Source: Escherichia coli (GTDB lineage: Bacteria; Pseudomonadota; Gammaproteobacteria; Enterobacterales; Enterobacteriaceae). From it: DNA of 64,000 nt. The stretch lies in the NCBI RefSeq assembly GCF_003790525.1, contig NZ_CP033635.1; one strand, 5' to 3'. The position numbers and the translations under genes are program-made. Positions 1 through 9,290 of the stretch are shown here, piece after piece. The first letter of the stretch is position 1. Every line of letters begins with the position of its first letter. Under the pieces are notes generated by a model that worked only from the letters and a program-made list of their open reading frames with translations, did not search any database and was not told the DNA's origin.

Positions 1-265
1 GGAGGGTGAGGTGTTTGGCTTGCTATTTACCGAACTCAATAGTGCCCAGGCAAAAATCATTGCGGAACGTATGCGTAAAAATGTCGAACTCCTGACCGGC
101 TTTAGTAACAGATATGATGTTCCTGAACAAATGACCATCAGTATTGGCACGGTTTTTTCAACGGGTGACACGCATAATATCTCGCTTGTCATGACGGAAG
201 CAGATAAAGCCTTACGCGAAGCGAAAAGCGAGGGGGGCAACAAAGTGATTATTCATCATATTTAA
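1..265 (+). CDS. dgcI: diguanylate cyclase DgcI (YeaI), C-terminal fragment; 5' end upstream of window
   Basis: ORF in frame to the window edge ending at TAA 263..265; GGDEF-family C-terminal tail (...TEADKALREAKSEGGNKVIIHHI); sits immediately upstream of dgcJ as in E. coli. Confidence 0.8.
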   Translation, partial: EGEVFGLLFTELNSAQAKIIAERMRKNVELLTGFSNRYDVPEQMTISIGTVFSTGDTHNISLVMTEADKALREAKSEGGNKVIIHHI

Positions 266-445
266 GTGCAAAAATATTCAGAGCCATGCTTTTTGCGTGG
301 CTTTTGCATACAATTTATTACTATTACCCCTAAATTTCCCCTCCCCAGCGGCGCAGAGATGAGTATAATTAGCGCCCCTGTGCCAGGCCGCAATCGAACT
401 TTATCTGGTTTTCTCGTTTCACTAACCGAAGGAGTGCCATTTATC

Positions 446-1936
446 ATGAAATTGCACCATAGAATGCTCCGGCATTTTATCGCCGCAAGTGTCATTGTGC
501 TGACATCTTCCTTCCTTATTTTTGAACTTGTCGCCAGTGACAGAGCAATGAGTGCCTATCTGCGCTATATCGTGCAGAGAGCAGACTCCTCCTTTCTTTA
601 TGATAAGTATCAGAATCAGAGTATTGCCGCGCATGTGATGCGCGCTCTCGCTGCTGAGCAGTCGGAAGTGTCGCCAGAACAGCGGCGAGCCATCTGCGAG
701 GCTTTTGAGTCTGCCAATAATACCCATGGCTTAAACCTGACTGCCCATAAATACCCTGGCTTACGCGGCACACTACAAACCGCATCCACTGACTGCGACA
801 CAATTGTGGAAGCTGCTGCACTATTACCCGCTTTTGATCAGGCAGTGGAAGGCAACCGCCACCAGGATGATTACGGTTCAGGTCTTGGGATGGCCGAAGA
901 GAAATTTCACTATTATCTCGATCTCAATGACCGCTATGTCTATTTTTATGAGCCGGTTAATGTTGAGTACTTTGCGATGAATAACTGGTCCTTCCTGCAG
1001 TCAGGAAGTATTGGCATCGATCGCAAAGATATTGAAAAGGTATTTACCGGGCGTACCGTATTATCGAGCATTTACCAGGATCAGCGTACTAAACAGAACG
1101 TGATGAGTTTGCTGACGCCGGTATATGTCGCAGGGCAGCTAAAAGGGATTGTGCTGCTGGATATTAACAAAAACAATCTGCGGAATATCTTTTACACTCA
1201 TGACCGCCCTCTCCTCTGGCGTTTTCTCAATGTCACGCTAACTGATACCGATTCGGGGCGCGACATTATCATCAACCAGAGCGAAGATAATCTGTTCCAG
1301 TATGTCAGTTACGTCCATGACTTACCGGGCGGCATTCGTGTCTCGTTATCCATTGATATTCTTTACTTTATCACGTCTTCGTGGAAAAGCGTTCTGTTCT
1401 GGATTTTGACGGCGTTAATTTTGCTGAATATGGTGCGGATGCACTTCCGTTTATACCAAAATGTGTCGCGAGAAAATATTAGTGATGCGATGACTGGACT
1501 CTATAATCGCAAAATTTTAACCCCTGAACTGGAGCAGCGGTTGCAGAAACTGGTGCAATCCGGTTCTTCGGTGATGTTTATTGCAATTGACATGGACAAG
1601 TTAAAGCAAATAAATGACACCCTTGGTCATCAGGAGGGGGATTTAGCGATTACGTTATTAGCTCAGGCGATTAAACAATCGATTCGTAAAAGTGATTATG
1701 CCATCCGACTCGGTGGCGATGAATTCTGCATCATTCTTGTCGATTCGACACCGCAAATTGCAGCACAACTGCCTGAACGTATCGAAAAACGTCTGCAACA
1801 TATCGCGCCGCAGAAAGAGATCGGCTTCTCTTCCGGTATTTACGCGATGAAAGAAAACGATACGTTACATGATGCGTATAAAGCTTCCGATGAGCGTTTA
1901 TATGTCAATAAGCAGAACAAAAACAGCCGTTCATGA
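446..1936 (+). CDS. dgcJ: diguanylate cyclase DgcJ (YeaJ), 496 aa
   Basis: ORF 266..1936; ATG at 446 preceded by GGAG (431..434) gives the 496-aa product; intact GGDEF motif (RLGGDEFCIIL); N-terminal TM plus periplasmic sensor domain. Confidence 0.93.
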   Translation: MKLHHRMLRHFIAASVIVLTSSFLIFELVASDRAMSAYLRYIVQRADSSFLYDKYQNQSIAAHVMRALAAEQSEVSPEQRRAICEAFESANNTHGLNLTAHKYPGLRGTLQTASTDCDTIVEAAALLPAFDQAVEGNRHQDDYGSGLGMAEEKFHYYLDLNDRYVYFYEPVNVEYFAMNNWSFLQSGSIGIDRKDIEKVFTGRTVLSSIYQDQRTKQNVMSLLTPVYVAGQLKGIVLLDINKNNLRNIFYTHDRPLLWRFLNVTLTDTDSGRDIIINQSEDNLFQYVSYVHDLPGGIRVSLSIDILYFITSSWKSVLFWILTALILLNMVRMHFRLYQNVSRENISDAMTGLYNRKILTPELEQRLQKLVQSGSSVMFIAIDMDKLKQINDTLGHQEGDLAITLLAQAIKQSIRKSDYAIRLGGDEFCIILVDSTPQIAAQLPERIEKRLQHIAPQKEIGFSSGIYAMKENDTLHDAYKASDERLYVNKQNKNSRS

Positions 1937-1978
1937 TAACCTTCTGTAGTTGTTTGCTTGTAATCTCAGGAGCATGAA

Positions 1979-2482
1979 ATGACTGAAATGGCTAAAGGAA
2001 GCGTGACGCATCAGCGGTTAATCGCTTTATTATCGCAAGAAGGTGCTAACTTCCGCGTCGTTACCCATGAAGCGGTAGGTAAATGTGAAGCGGTGTCAGA
2101 AATTCGTGGCACCGCTTTAGGCCAGGGGGCTAAGGCACTGGTATGTAAAGTCAAAGGCAATGGCGTAAATCAACATGTTCTGGCGATCCTCGCTGCCGAT
2201 CAACAGGCCGATCTGAGCCAACTCGCCAGCCATATAGGCGGATTACGCGCTTCGTTGGCCAGCCCAGCGGAAGTCGATGAACTCACAGGCTGTGTCTTCG
2301 GCGCGATCCCCCCTTTCAGCTTCCATCCAAAACTCAAACTGGTTGCCGACCCCCTACTCTTCGAACGATTTGATGAAATCGCCTTCAATGCAGGCATGCT
2401 GGATAAATCCGTTATTTTGAAAACCGCGGATTATTTGCGTATTGCGCAACCAGAACTGGTCAATTTCCGCCGCACTGCGTAA
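1979..2482 (+). CDS. yeaK: YbaK/ProX-family aminoacyl-tRNA deacylase YeaK, 167 aa
   Basis: Full-length ORF; recognised YeaK sequence; RBS AGGAG upstream. Confidence 0.93.
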   Translation: MTEMAKGSVTHQRLIALLSQEGANFRVVTHEAVGKCEAVSEIRGTALGQGAKALVCKVKGNGVNQHVLAILAADQQADLSQLASHIGGLRASLASPAEVDELTGCVFGAIPPFSFHPKLKLVADPLLFERFDEIAFNAGMLDKSVILKTADYLRIAQPELVNFRRTA

Positions 2483-2587
2483 CTAGCCTGTCCGTTCAAT
2501 AAGCAGAACGGACAAAACCAGCACAGCAGCAATGGCAAAAAACGATGACGTGATAATCAGTGTCTCGACGAACATTTGATCGTTCAT
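2483..2587 (-). CDS. yoaI: small membrane protein YoaI, 34 aa
   Basis: Minus-strand translation [34 protein letters not shown]; below the ORF-track size cutoff; stop codon directly abuts the yeaK stop. Confidence 0.8.
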
Positions 2588-2756
2588 AGTATGCCCCCGG
2601 GAGATAGCTGTTTTCACGTTATTGTTAACGTACACAAATGGCAGTTTGATGACAGTTCGTCTGATTTTTTATGCAAAAAACGTAAAGATTTTCTACTTCC
2701 TGCCTGCAGCAAGCGTAAAGTAAGCAGGCTTATTATTTTTTGGCAAGGAAACCACG

Positions 2757-3203
2757 ATGTTTGATGTCACTTTGCTGATCCTGCTCGGGTTAGCTGCGCT
2801 GGGCTTTATCAGTCATAACACCACTGTCGCCGTTTCAATTCTGGTGTTGATCATTGTCCGCGTCACACCGTTAAGCACCTTTTTCCCGTGGATTGAAAAA
2901 CAGGGGCTAAGTATCGGGATAATCATTCTGACGATTGGCGTTATGGCTCCCATCGCCAGCGGGACGCTACCGCCCTCAACCCTGATTCACTCATTTCTGA
3001 ACTGGAAATCGCTGGTGGCAATTGCAGTCGGCGTTATTGTCTCCTGGCTGGGGGGGCGCGGCGTGACGTTAATGGGCAGCCAGCCGCAACTGGTCGCCGG
3101 GCTGCTGGTGGGCACTGTTTTAGGCGTGGCGCTGTTTCGCGGCGTACCGGTTGGCCCGCTTATTGCCGCGGGTCTGGTTTCGCTGATTGTGGGGAAACAG
3201 TAG
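2757..3203 (+). CDS. yeaL: UPF0756 inner membrane protein YeaL, 148 aa
   Basis: Full-length ORF; highly hydrophobic multi-TM protein; conserved position. Confidence 0.92.
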
Positions 3204-3981
3204 TTAATCCCGCAATATATCGGCCTGGCGTTTGCCCCAGGCCTTTCTTAAACATAGTAATAAAGGCCGTTGTTGAATCATACCCCAGCGTATGAGCAAC
3301 TTTCTGTACAGTATCGCCTTTCACTAATCCCTGAAGCGCCATAATCAGCTGTAACTGCTGACGCCACTGGCGAAAACTCAACCCCGTCTCTTTCACTATC
3401 AGCCGGGCAAGATTGCGTTCACTCATCGCAAAAAAGCCAGCCCATTGCCCCAATGAGCCCCACTCGACGGGCTCTTTCGCCATCATCTCCACCATCGTGC
3501 GGATTTTAGGATGAGAAGAAACGGGCAGGTGCAGCTGTTGTTGTGGCTGCTGAGGGAGTTCATCAAACAGGACCTGAATTAATCTGCGGGTCATCGGCTC
3601 AGCACGCTGAGTCGTCGTCCTGTTTGCCAGGGTTAAAATTAATTCCCGGCATAAGGGCGATATTTTCAATGTGCAACATGTTGTCGGCATTGTCACTGCG
3701 CTGGGCTCGATAAACAGAAAACAGAGTTCAGCGTTAGCTGTCACTTGATTGCTATGTTTCACCCCGCCCGGTATCCAAACCGCATATTGTGGCGGCACCA
3801 TCCACAAAGCATTTTCCACCGTACAGGTAATTGCACCATGTAGCGCCAGTATCAACTGCCCTTTGCGGTGCTGATGTACAGGACTGGTTAACTCATCCGT
3901 TCCGGCGTGAATACAAAATGCGACCGCGGCCTCATGGTGTCGGTCGGGTTCATAGCCATTGAGATTCAACCTGTGCATCAT
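3160..3981 (-). CDS. nimR: AraC-family transcriptional regulator NimR (YeaM), 273 aa
   Basis: Full-length ORF; C-terminal AraC-type HTH; divergent from nimT; 3' end overlaps yeaL convergently by 44 nt. Confidence 0.93.
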
Positions 3982-4077
3982 TTTGTCCGAATTTAGCGAT
4001 AATTTGTCATTTTAGCTTGATTCAACATAACAATAAAAACGGTAAGGTACAGCCTCGTTTGTAACAATGAGAAGCAT

Positions 4078-5259
4078 ATGACCTGTTCAACTTCATTAAG
4101 CGGCAAAAACAGGATTGTCCTTATCGCTGGTATTCTGATGATTGCCACAACATTACGCGTCACCTTTACCGGCGCAGCACCGTTACTGGATACGATTCGT
4201 TCCGCTTACTCGCTGACGACAGCGCAAACCGGCTTATTGACCACCCTGCCATTATTGGCCTTTGCGCTAATCTCACCTTTGGCCGCCCCGGTGGCGCGAC
4301 GTTTTGGTATGGAACGTAGCCTGTTTGCCGCGTTACTTTTGATCTGTGCAGGTATCGCAATTCGCTCTCTCCCTTCGCCTTACTTATTATTTGGCGGTAC
4401 AGCGGTCATTGGCGGTGGGATTGCATTAGGTAATGTCTTACTGCCAGGATTAATTAAACGCGATTTCCCTCATTCCGTCGCCAGACTTACCGGCGCATAT
4501 TCCCTGACAATGGGAGCTGCGGCGGCACTGGGATCGGCTATGGTAGTGCCGCTGGCTTTGAACGGTTTTGGCTGGCGAGGCGCGTTGCTCATGCTGATGT
4601 GTTTTCCTCTGCTGGCTCTTTTTTTATGGCTGCCACAGTGGCGAAGTCAACAACATGCAAATTTGAGTACCTCACGCGCCTTACATACTCGGGGTATCTG
4701 GCGTTCGCCGCTTGCCTGGCAGGTAACATTGTTTCTTGGGATCAACTCACTCGTCTATTACGTGATTATTGGCTGGCTTCCGGCGATCCTCATCAGTCAC
4801 GGCTATAGCGAAGCACAGGCGGGTTCACTGCATGGTTTGCTGCAACTAGCCACAGCAGCTCCCGGTTTGCTGATCCCACTTTTCTTACATCATGTGAAAG
4901 ATCAGCGTGGTATTGCAGCGTTCGTTGCCTTGATGTGCGCAGTGGGCGCGGTTGGGCTCTGCTTTATGCCAGCACACGCGATCACCTGGACTCTGCTTTT
5001 CGGTTTTGGTTCCGGCGCAACAATGATACTGGGGTTGACGTTCATTGGTCTGCGGGCAAGTTCTGCGCATCAGGCGGCGGCACTCTCGGGGATGGCACAA
5101 TCCGTCGGGTATTTGCTGGCAGCCTGTGGGCCGCCGCTGATGGGTAAAATACACGATGCTAACGGTGACTGGTCCGTACCACTGATGGGTGTTGCAATAC
5201 TTTCACTACTGATGGCGATTTTCGGACTTTGCGCCGGGAGAGACAAAGAAATTCGCTAA
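4078..5259 (+). CDS. nimT: MFS transporter NimT (YeaN), 2-nitroimidazole exporter, 393 aa
   Basis: Full-length ORF; 12-TM MFS profile; divergent from nimR. Confidence 0.93.
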   Translation: MTCSTSLSGKNRIVLIAGILMIATTLRVTFTGAAPLLDTIRSAYSLTTAQTGLLTTLPLLAFALISPLAAPVARRFGMERSLFAALLLICAGIAIRSLPSPYLLFGGTAVIGGGIALGNVLLPGLIKRDFPHSVARLTGAYSLTMGAAAALGSAMVVPLALNGFGWRGALLMLMCFPLLALFLWLPQWRSQQHANLSTSRALHTRGIWRSPLAWQVTLFLGINSLVYYVIIGWLPAILISHGYSEAQAGSLHGLLQLATAAPGLLIPLFLHHVKDQRGIAAFVALMCAVGAVGLCFMPAHAITWTLLFGFGSGATMILGLTFIGLRASSAHQAAALSGMAQSVGYLLAACGPPLMGKIHDANGDWSVPLMGVAILSLLMAIFGLCAGRDKEIR

Positions 5260-5313
5260 TATCCGGTGCTATAGTGACGTGACAAATCATGCGTGAAAGG
5301 GAGAACAAACACG

Positions 5314-5661
5314 ATGAATATTCAGTGCAAACGCGTTTATGATCCGGCTGAACAGAGCGATGGTTATCGCGTACTGGTCGACCGCCTCTGGCCGCGCGGT
5401 ATCAAAAAAACCGATTTAGCCCTTGATGAGTGGGATAAAGAAATCACGCCGTCAACGGAACTGCGCAAAGCCTTTCACGGCGAAGTCGTCGATTTTGCAA
5501 CCTTTCGCGAGCAATATCTTGCAGAACTGGCGCAACACGAGCAAGAAGGAAAGCGGCTGGCAAACATCGCCAAAAAACAGCCGCTGACCCTGCTCTACTC
5601 AGCAAAAAACACCACGCAGAACCATGCGCTGGTGCTGGCCGACTGGCTACGTAGCTTATGA
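5314..5661 (+). CDS. yeaO: DUF488 family protein YeaO, 115 aa
   Basis: ORF 5293..5661; ATG at 5314 with RBS AAGGGAGA gives the 115-aa product (MNIQCKRVYDPAEQSDGYRVLVDRLWPRG...). Confidence 0.9.
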   Translation: MNIQCKRVYDPAEQSDGYRVLVDRLWPRGIKKTDLALDEWDKEITPSTELRKAFHGEVVDFATFREQYLAELAQHEQEGKRLANIAKKQPLTLLYSAKNTTQNHALVLADWLRSL

Positions 5662-5682
5662 TTTTAGTACAGCATCCGGCGG

Positions 5683-5937
5683 TTATTTTTCACCAGCCGG
5701 ATGATCCCGTCGCCACAATGCCCATTCATCAATCGTTTCACCGCCCGGTAATTTGCAATTGTTGCTGACCCCTTGCGCTGTCTGCACTGGAATGAGCGTC
5801 CCGCCCTTCTGCTGGCAATAGACCGACGCCGGATTTGCCATACCAATCTGCGGCGGTTTAGGTGCTTCTGGCTGAGAAGAGGTTGAACAACCAGCCAGAA
5901 CCAGCAAGCAAGGCAGAACAAAACTGATAATTTTCAT
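5683..5937 (-). CDS. yoaF: DUF333 lipoprotein YoaF, 84 aa
   Basis: Full-length ORF; signal peptide with lipobox (LVLAGCSTS). Confidence 0.9.
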   Translation of the reverse strand: MKIISFVLPCLLVLAGCSTSSQPEAPKPPQIGMANPASVYCQQKGGTLIPVQTAQGVSNNCKLPGGETIDEWALWRRDHPAGEK

Positions 5938-6119
5938 TTATTGATCTCACATATTTATCCAGGCTTAGAGTATCGCGGTATCGTTTTGTTTTGCAGCACT
6001 ATTTTTATTACATTCACTCAAATCATATTACGCCTTGTTTCATCTTTGTTGATGATGTTTTATCATGCCTGCAAAGATTAAATAATCAGCATTTACCCGC
6101 CGTATCCTGGAGTTGTTTC

Positions 6120-7145
6120 GTGTCAGATCAGATTATCGCCCGCGTCTCGCAATCCCTTGCCAAAGAACAGTCACTGGAAAGCCTGGTCCGACAGCTTCTG
6201 GAGATGCTGGAAATGGTCACTGATATGGAATCAACCTACCTGACCAAAGTGGATGTCGAAGCGCGCCTGCAGCATATAATGTTTGCCCGTAACAGCCAGA
6301 AAATGCACATCCCGGAGAATTTTACCGTCTCGTGGGATTATTCGTTATGCAAACGCGCCATTGATGAAAACTGCTTTTTCAGCGATGAAGTCCCCGACCG
6401 TTGGGGCGACTGTATTGCGGCACGCAATCTTGGCATCACCACATTTCTGAGCACGCCAATTCACTTACCGGATGGATCATTCTATGGCACGCTTTGCGCC
6501 GCCAGCAGTGAGAAGCGCCAGTGGAGTGAACGCGCGGAACAGGTTTTGCAGTTATTCGCCGGACTGATTGCACAATATATTCAAAAAGAGGCGCTGGTAG
6601 AACAGCTGCGCGAAGCCAATGCCGCACTGATAGCGCAATCGTATACCGACTCGTTAACCGGGCTACCGAATCGGCGGGCGATTTTTGAAAATCTGACGAC
6701 GCTGTTTTCTCTCGCCCGGCATCTTAACCATAAGATAATGATCGCGTTTATCGACCTGGATAACTTCAAATTAATCAACGATCGTTTTGGTCATAATAGT
6801 GGCGATCTGTTTCTCATTCAGGTTGGCGAGCGCCTTAATACGCTCCAGCAAAATGGCGAAGTTATTGGTCGTCTCGGCGGTGATGAGTTTTTGGTTGTTT
6901 CACTGAACAACGAGAATACGGATATTTCGTCGCTGCGAGAACGTATTCAACAGCAAATACGTGGAGAATATCACTTAGGTGATGTTGATTTGTATTATCC
7001 CGGTGCCAGTCTTGGCATAGTAGAAGTCGATCCTGAAACGACCGATGCAGACAGTGCCCTGCATGCTGCCGATATCGCGATGTATCAGGAGAAAAAACAC
7101 AAACAGAAAACACCTTTTGTCGCGCATCCAGCGCTACATTCCTGA
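6120..7145 (+). CDS. dgcP: diguanylate cyclase DgcP (YeaP), GAF-GGDEF, 341 aa
   Basis: ORF 5991..7145; GTG at 6120 gives the 341-aa product; intact GGDEF motif (RLGGDEFLVVS); N-terminal GAF-like domain. Confidence 0.92.
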   Translation: MSDQIIARVSQSLAKEQSLESLVRQLLEMLEMVTDMESTYLTKVDVEARLQHIMFARNSQKMHIPENFTVSWDYSLCKRAIDENCFFSDEVPDRWGDCIAARNLGITTFLSTPIHLPDGSFYGTLCAASSEKRQWSERAEQVLQLFAGLIAQYIQKEALVEQLREANAALIAQSYTDSLTGLPNRRAIFENLTTLFSLARHLNHKIMIAFIDLDNFKLINDRFGHNSGDLFLIQVGERLNTLQQNGEVIGRLGGDEFLVVSLNNENTDISSLRERIQQQIRGEYHLGDVDLYYPGASLGIVEVDPETTDADSALHAADIAMYQEKKHKQKTPFVAHPALHS

Positions 7146-7177
7146 GGCGTATTCACATCCTTTTGATTGGTGATAAC

Positions 7178-7276
7178 ATGCGAATCGGTATTATTTTTCC
7201 GGTTGTAATCTTTATTACAGCGGTCGTATTTTTAGCATGGTTTTTTATTGGCGGCTATGCTGCCCCGGGAGCATAA
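7178..7276 (+). CDS. yoaK: small membrane protein YoaK, 32 aa
   Basis: Translation MRIGIIFPVVIFITAVVFLAWFFIGGYAAPGA*; single predicted TM helix; below the ORF-track cutoff. Confidence 0.8.
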   Translation: MRIGIIFPVVIFITAVVFLAWFFIGGYAAPGA

Positions 7277-7278
7277 AG

Positions 7279-7353
7279 ATGAAAAAAACAACGATTATTA
7301 TGATGGGTGTGGCGATTATTGTCGTACTCGGCACTGAGCTGGGATGGTGGTAA
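7279..7353 (+). CDS. yoaJ: small membrane protein YoaJ, 24 aa
   Basis: Translation MKKTTIIMMGVAIIVVLGTELGWW*; starts 2 nt after the yoaK stop. Confidence 0.78.
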   Translation: MKKTTIIMMGVAIIVVLGTELGWW

Positions 7354-7411
7354 CGTCACATCTAGAAAATAGCAAAGGCTGCCTGTGTGCAGCCTTTGTG
7401 CAATTTACGCG

Positions 7412-7660
7412 TTAACTTTTAATCTTTCTGTAGATAAACAGCACGACAATCGCGCCAATAACGGCAACCACGAAGCTGCCAAAATTGAAGCCATCGACTT
7501 TACCAAAGCCAAACAGCGTGCTGATCCATCCGCCGACTACGGCACCGACTATCCCCAGCAGGATAGTCATAAAGAATCCACCACCATCTTTACCTGGCAT
7601 GATCCACTTCGCCAGAATACCGGCAATAAGCCCAAAAATAATCCATGACAGAATGCCCAT
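7412..7660 (-). CDS. yeaQ: GlsB/YeaQ/YmgE-family stress-induced membrane protein YeaQ, 82 aa
   Basis: Full-length ORF; glycine-rich transmembrane protein. Confidence 0.92.
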   Translation of the reverse strand: MGILSWIIFGLIAGILAKWIMPGKDGGGFFMTILLGIVGAVVGGWISTLFGFGKVDGFNFGSFVVAVIGAIVVLFIYRKIKS

Positions 7661-7807
7661 TGTTTCCTCACTTATCTGTTTTGCATTAGCGGGTTAGTCG
7701 CTGATAAAAAGCATAGCACAACATCGGGAGGGCAAGATTTGTGACGAGCATCACGGAGGATTTTTTTGCGATGGCGCAGAAATTGCGCCATCAACGATCA
7801 GTGATAA

Positions 7808-7990
7808 TTACCAACCACAAACATCATGTTCGTTTTCCGTGTCATAAGAACGCACGGTATTCACCAGATCTTTTATCACTTCAGCCGCCACTTCTGGCAC
7901 CAGCAAAGTCATCGGCGTCTCTGTTTCATAATCGACAGAAACGCCATTGCTGTTATTGGTGACGGTCACGGTATACGTTGCTTTGCCCAT
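7808..7990 (-). CDS. yoaG: DUF1869 protein YoaG, 60 aa
   Basis: Full-length ORF; lies 3 nt downstream of yeaR (yeaR-yoaG operon). Confidence 0.9.
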   Translation of the reverse strand: MGKATYTVTVTNNSNGVSVDYETETPMTLLVPEVAAEVIKDLVNTVRSYDTENEHDVCGW

Positions 7991-7993
7991 GAT

Positions 7994-8353
7994 TCATTTC
8001 CCGTTATGAATGACTTTCCGTTGTTGCGCACCTTCCATCAGGACTTCAGGGGCAACGAAGAAGTCAATGTTGAAATAAGTATCGTCAGTCATGGCTTCAA
8101 TGTTGTGCCACTTTTCTGGAGGGAACACCGCAAACTGCCCCGCTTCGATAAGGATCACTTGATCAGGCTCTGTACTGTGTTCATCAGCGTAGCCGAGATA
8201 TTTGACCGCCCCATGCATAACGGAAAGGCGTGGGTAAACCCCCGGGCGCGTTCCTTTATCAAGATGACGTTCGAATATTCCGGCAGGCGCAGTTTGTTTA
8301 TTCCAGAAAGGCGTTGAGCGCGTATGAATATAATTCTGTGGGATTTGCAGCAT
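7994..8353 (-). CDS. yeaR: DUF1971 protein YeaR, 119 aa
   Basis: Full-length ORF; conserved position. Confidence 0.92.
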   Translation of the reverse strand: MLQIPQNYIHTRSTPFWNKQTAPAGIFERHLDKGTRPGVYPRLSVMHGAVKYLGYADEHSTEPDQVILIEAGQFAVFPPEKWHNIEAMTDDTYFNIDFFVAPEVLMEGAQQRKVIHNGK

Positions 8354-8419
8354 CCTTTTCCCTCCTTCGGTGAATGCGCTGAAAACGGTTTATTTCAGCC
8401 GTTTCAGGGTACGCCTGAT

Positions 8420-8442
8420 AATTTGCATTTTAAATACCATTT
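8420..8442 (-). promoter_or_regulatory. putative NsrR operator in the yeaR-yoaG promoter
   Basis: AATTTGCATTTTAAATACCATTT, about 70-90 bp upstream of yeaR, resembles the NsrR inverted-repeat consensus (AAGATGCATTT-A-AAATACATCTT); yeaR-yoaG is a known NsrR/NarL target. Confidence 0.45.
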
Positions 8443-8525
8443 ATTGGTTACTATTTAGCACCGTATCAGAGAAAAATCAGGGAGGATTACAGATGGGAAG
8501 CCCGCGACAACGCGGGCTGAAAGCA

Positions 8526-9233
<708 letters not shown>

Positions 9234-9290
9234 TTAGAAAGGAGAAAATCAGGTTTTAACCCGATATCAACGCGATAATTGAATCATTAA

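Noticed and set aside
266-445. 5' extension of the dgcJ ORF (ORF track start 266); similar upstream extensions for yeaO, dgcP, dmlR, yeaW, fadD, yoaB, yoaC, pdeD, mntP, yebQ, prc, msrC, letB, yebV, yebW, holE, exoX, yebF
   Set aside because: The longest-ORF starts give proteins longer than the characterised products and lack ribosome-binding sites; internal starts with RBS reproduce the known lengths.
2698-2745. Short hairpin (GCCTGC...GCAGGC) followed by a T-tract just upstream of yeaL
   Set aside because: The stem is only about 6 bp with a 16-nt loop; too weak to call a terminator or attenuator without experimental 3'-end data.
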